Assembly: GCA_008690995.1 (NCBI GenBank)
Contig: VRMN01000003.1
Span: 1,860,001 to 1,924,000 of the forward strand
Origin: Porphyridium purpureum
Lineage: Eukaryota
Length of the DNA: 64,000 nt
Reading direction: 5' to 3'
The notes beneath the pieces are model-generated. The model saw nothing but the letters and a program-made list of their open reading frames with translations, was not told where the DNA came from and ran no database searches. Numbering within the stretch: position 1 is the stretch's first letter; every line of letters starts with the position of its first letter. The translations under genes and the position numbers were made by a program. This document shows positions 62,773-64,000 of the stretch, in pieces.

Positions 62773-62921
62773 CTTTTCTTTGTTCTTGCTCCTTCGACTC
62801 CTTCTCTTGCCACTCTTTCCACGCATCGCCTCTTTCGATAAAGTTGCGGGACGCGACGCACTTTAGGCGGTTGACTGGCAGGCTGGCTTGGCTGCTGATC
62901 CCGAACGAGGAATCGTTCAAG

Positions 62922-63851
62922 ATGGCATTTTGTGTGTCTGGCCTCGGGTTCTCTGGTCAACTAGTAGCTCTGCCTTCTCAGAGAGCACGGCAGACTCGGT
63001 CGCGTGCGCCGATTTGCGCGACTCGGGATCCTGACAGCAACAGCTGCCGGAAGGAGAAGAATCAGAATGAGCAGGATATAGAGATGGCCCCGTCGATGTC
63101 CCGGCGGCGCGCGATGCTGACCTTCGGCGCACTGACAGGAATGATGATTGGAGGCTGGACACTGCAGTCGGTAGAACAGCAAGGTCTCGTGGGGCGGGTG
63201 GGTGCAAAGGAATTGCCAGTCGCCCCGAAAGACGGGCTGGAGACGGCTGTTTTTGCCGGCGGCTGCTTTTGGTGCATGGAGAAGCCCTTTGATGTGCTTC
63301 CGGGTGTGGTGTCCACCACGTCTGGGTACTCGGGAGGGCGCGAAATGGACCCGTCGTATGAGCTCGTCTCGATGGGCCGCACAAACCATGCCGAATGTGT
63401 GGCCGTGCGCTATGACCCGAAGCAGGTCAGCTATGAGACATTGTTGGACGTCTTTTGGCACAATGTTAATCCAACCACAAGGGATCGGCAATTTTGTGAT
63501 CGAGGCCATCAGTACCGCACTGCGATATTCTACACCACGGACGCGCAAAAGGTCGCGGCACTCCGCTCACGTGACGAGCTAGCGCGAAACCAGACATTTG
63601 GGAAGGTGCCGATTGTGACAGAAATTGCGGCCGCAGGTGAGTTCTGGGAGGCTGAGGAATACCATCAGGACTATTATCGCAAGCAGCCGCAGCTGTACGC
63701 GTTCTACCGATTTAATTGTGGTCGTGATCAATGGCTAGAGCGACAGTGGGCCGAGAAGGGCACCGATGAGAAAGTGGACCAAGGGCGCTCCACGTTCAAT
63801 GTGTGGGACATACCAAGCGCGATTTGGCAACGCATTAATCGACCGTTCTGA
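62922..63851 (+). CDS. msrA: Peptide methionine sulfoxide reductase A with bipartite (transit + twin-arginine) presequence
   Basis: AGGCFWCME, SGYSGG, HAE, QFCDRG.QYRTAIF, AEEYHQDYY; MAF.. transit peptide, then SRRRAML plus a hydrophobic stretch. Confidence 0.95.
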   Translation: MAFCVSGLGFSGQLVALPSQRARQTRSRAPICATRDPDSNSCRKEKNQNEQDIEMAPSMSRRRAMLTFGALTGMMIGGWTLQSVEQQGLVGRVGAKELPVAPKDGLETAVFAGGCFWCMEKPFDVLPGVVSTTSGYSGGREMDPSYELVSMGRTNHAECVAVRYDPKQVSYETLLDVFWHNVNPTTRDRQFCDRGHQYRTAIFYTTDAQKVAALRSRDELARNQTFGKVPIVTEIAAAGEFWEAEEYHQDYYRKQPQLYAFYRFNCGRDQWLERQWAEKGTDEKVDQGRSTFNVWDIPSAIWQRINRPF

Positions 63852-64000
63852 ACGTACTAGGCAGAGGAATGCGTGGTTAGCGCGTATTCATTTATAATAC
63901 CTTCGATTTAGCATAGAACACAGCCCCCGTCCTCCTTCCTCTTAGTGTTCTGCTCCTTGAAAGACTGTGGATCCATCACTCGAATGAGTGTAACAAAAGC

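Noticed and set aside
1..64000. CRISPR arrays, rRNA/tRNA genes, prokaryotic operons or defence systems
   Set aside because: No regularly spaced repeats or structural RNA signatures were seen; gene content and the spliceosomal intron are eukaryotic.

Overview
This is eukaryotic nuclear DNA: gene-dense, almost intronless and GC-rich. Plastid-transit-like N-termini and the gene content suggest a unicellular red alga, possibly Porphyridium-like (inference). The left end holds a complete, apparently very young LTR retrotransposon on the minus strand (370-6304). It has identical 297-bp LTRs, a target-site duplication, an internal tRNA-iMet primer site and one 1684-aa ORF. The element is unusual in three ways. 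(1) Its integrase-RT-RNase H are Ty1/copia-type in sequence and order, but its Gag and protease look Ty3/gypsy-type. (2) A Cys/His cluster and a Myb/SANT (TRF/telobox-like) domain sit between integrase and RT. (3) Its termini are apparently non-canonical (CG...AA). The rest of the window has about 26 host genes: SVOP-like MFS transporter, TauE-family exporter, ABC1 kinase, NDUFAF7, membrane ACBP, PP4R3, a stop-interrupted sulfotransferase-like gene, URI1, SNF1/AMPK-alpha, Wee1-like kinase, a degenerate glycosyltransferase, NAA15, peptide deformylase, NELF-C/D-like protein, GTP cyclohydrolase I, an F-box-ASCH fusion, enolase, a STE20-type pseudokinase, bacterial-type CoA-disulfide reductase-rhodanese, a RING-H2 ligase, TAF1C-like protein, SufA/IscA, MsrA with a twin-arginine signal, and a few hypothetical genes. 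A recurrent intergenic motif (GCACTGTACYTTATC) is also visible. All family calls come from motif recognition by eye, not database searches.
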